DNA of 64,000 nt from Thelocarpon superellum. Its lineage: Eukaryota. The notes beneath the pieces are model-generated. The model saw only the letters and a list, made by a program, of their open reading frames with translations, did not search any database and was not told where the DNA came from. This document shows positions 63,232 to 64,000 of the stretch, in pieces. The stretch's first letter is position 1; the number at the start of each line of letters is the position of its first letter. Where the stretch lies: positions 1 to 64,000 of the forward strand of contig JAPEUG010000040.1 of NCBI GenBank assembly GCA_026025795.1. Reading direction: 5' to 3'. Both the position numbers and the translations under genes were made by a program.

Positions 63232-64000
63232 CGAGGCCGCTGTCAATACAGTCAGACATTCGTTGTGCAAAAAGCCAATGGTAGTAGCTCGACGTCGCGA
63301 AAACGAAGGCAAATGCAGAAGCGAGGAAGCGAAGCATCAAATACGAGTGAGGACAAGGCGCGCAGCGAGAGTCTTACCCGGTTGAAAAATTGAGGAATTT
63401 AGACGGTAGATGATGCGGAAGTCCGGTCACACTGCCGTGTATGCGGGCGCAGAAGAGTTAGGGCGATTGCAGGAGGCGATGGTGGTGGACAAGATGGAAC
63501 GGGACAGACACAACAGAGGTTTTGACCAGATTAGCAGACGAACGAGGTCCGGAACGCCTGTTTTCCTGAGGACGCGTAGATGCTTGCGAAATCTTCGATC
63601 CCGCCGGCGGATGATGAAGCACGAGGCAGAGAGCTTTGACGGATGTACAGTAGCTTTCTGCAGGCAGGAGAAGGTGATGATGTAGAACGAAGACGGGGGC
63701 AAGAATGGAGCGATGGCAACAGAGGGCACAGGGCGAGTGGTGCCCAGGTATATGCTCTGTTTGGCGCTAGCCCGCTCGTCCGGCCTGCCCGCGCGGACGT
63801 ACCATGGCCCCGATAACCATTCACCGAGGAGTGTAATTGAGGGTGGAATTGAGGGAAGGCGTGCAGGTGTCGTGGTGTTGTTAATTCACAACGGGTGAAG
63901 ATGGTAGGCGCGTTGGCAGCAATGCTCGATCGACCGAGACTTCCGTATCGGGAATGCCGAGTCGAGCGACGATGGCAGCAAAACCCTCTGGCCACGCAGC

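Overview
GC-rich, intron-containing eukaryotic DNA from a filamentous ascomycete (Pezizomycotina-type genes: ATG101, SARAF, UreF, RFX/Sak1, fungal nicotianamine synthase). The window opens with 6 perfect copies of a 24-bp repeat (CATTAGGGACTCCCCTTCTCATAC) that looks like a non-canonical, long telomeric repeat. About 8 kb of accessory, subtelomere-like sequence follows: a secreted Cys-rich repeat protein, a nicotianamine synthase, a membrane-anchored Cys-rich protein and an unrecognised, possibly decayed gene. The rest is a dense block of about 25 mostly conserved genes: TIM8, RPL25, BMT2, PHA2, AVT1-like, SDR, PGS1, UreF, FYV10, BMT5, BRE1, BDP1, SARAF, PBN1, AOS1, RFX, YOP1, ATG101, PEX3, TIF6 and PHO84. 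Two lineage-variable genes are interspersed: a divergent nucleoside-hydrolase-like gene and a gene with a HeLo-like/SesA-type N-terminus. Gene names come from motif recognition by eye and exon boundaries were spliced manually; no database search was run. No tRNA, rRNA, CRISPR array or clear transposon was seen.
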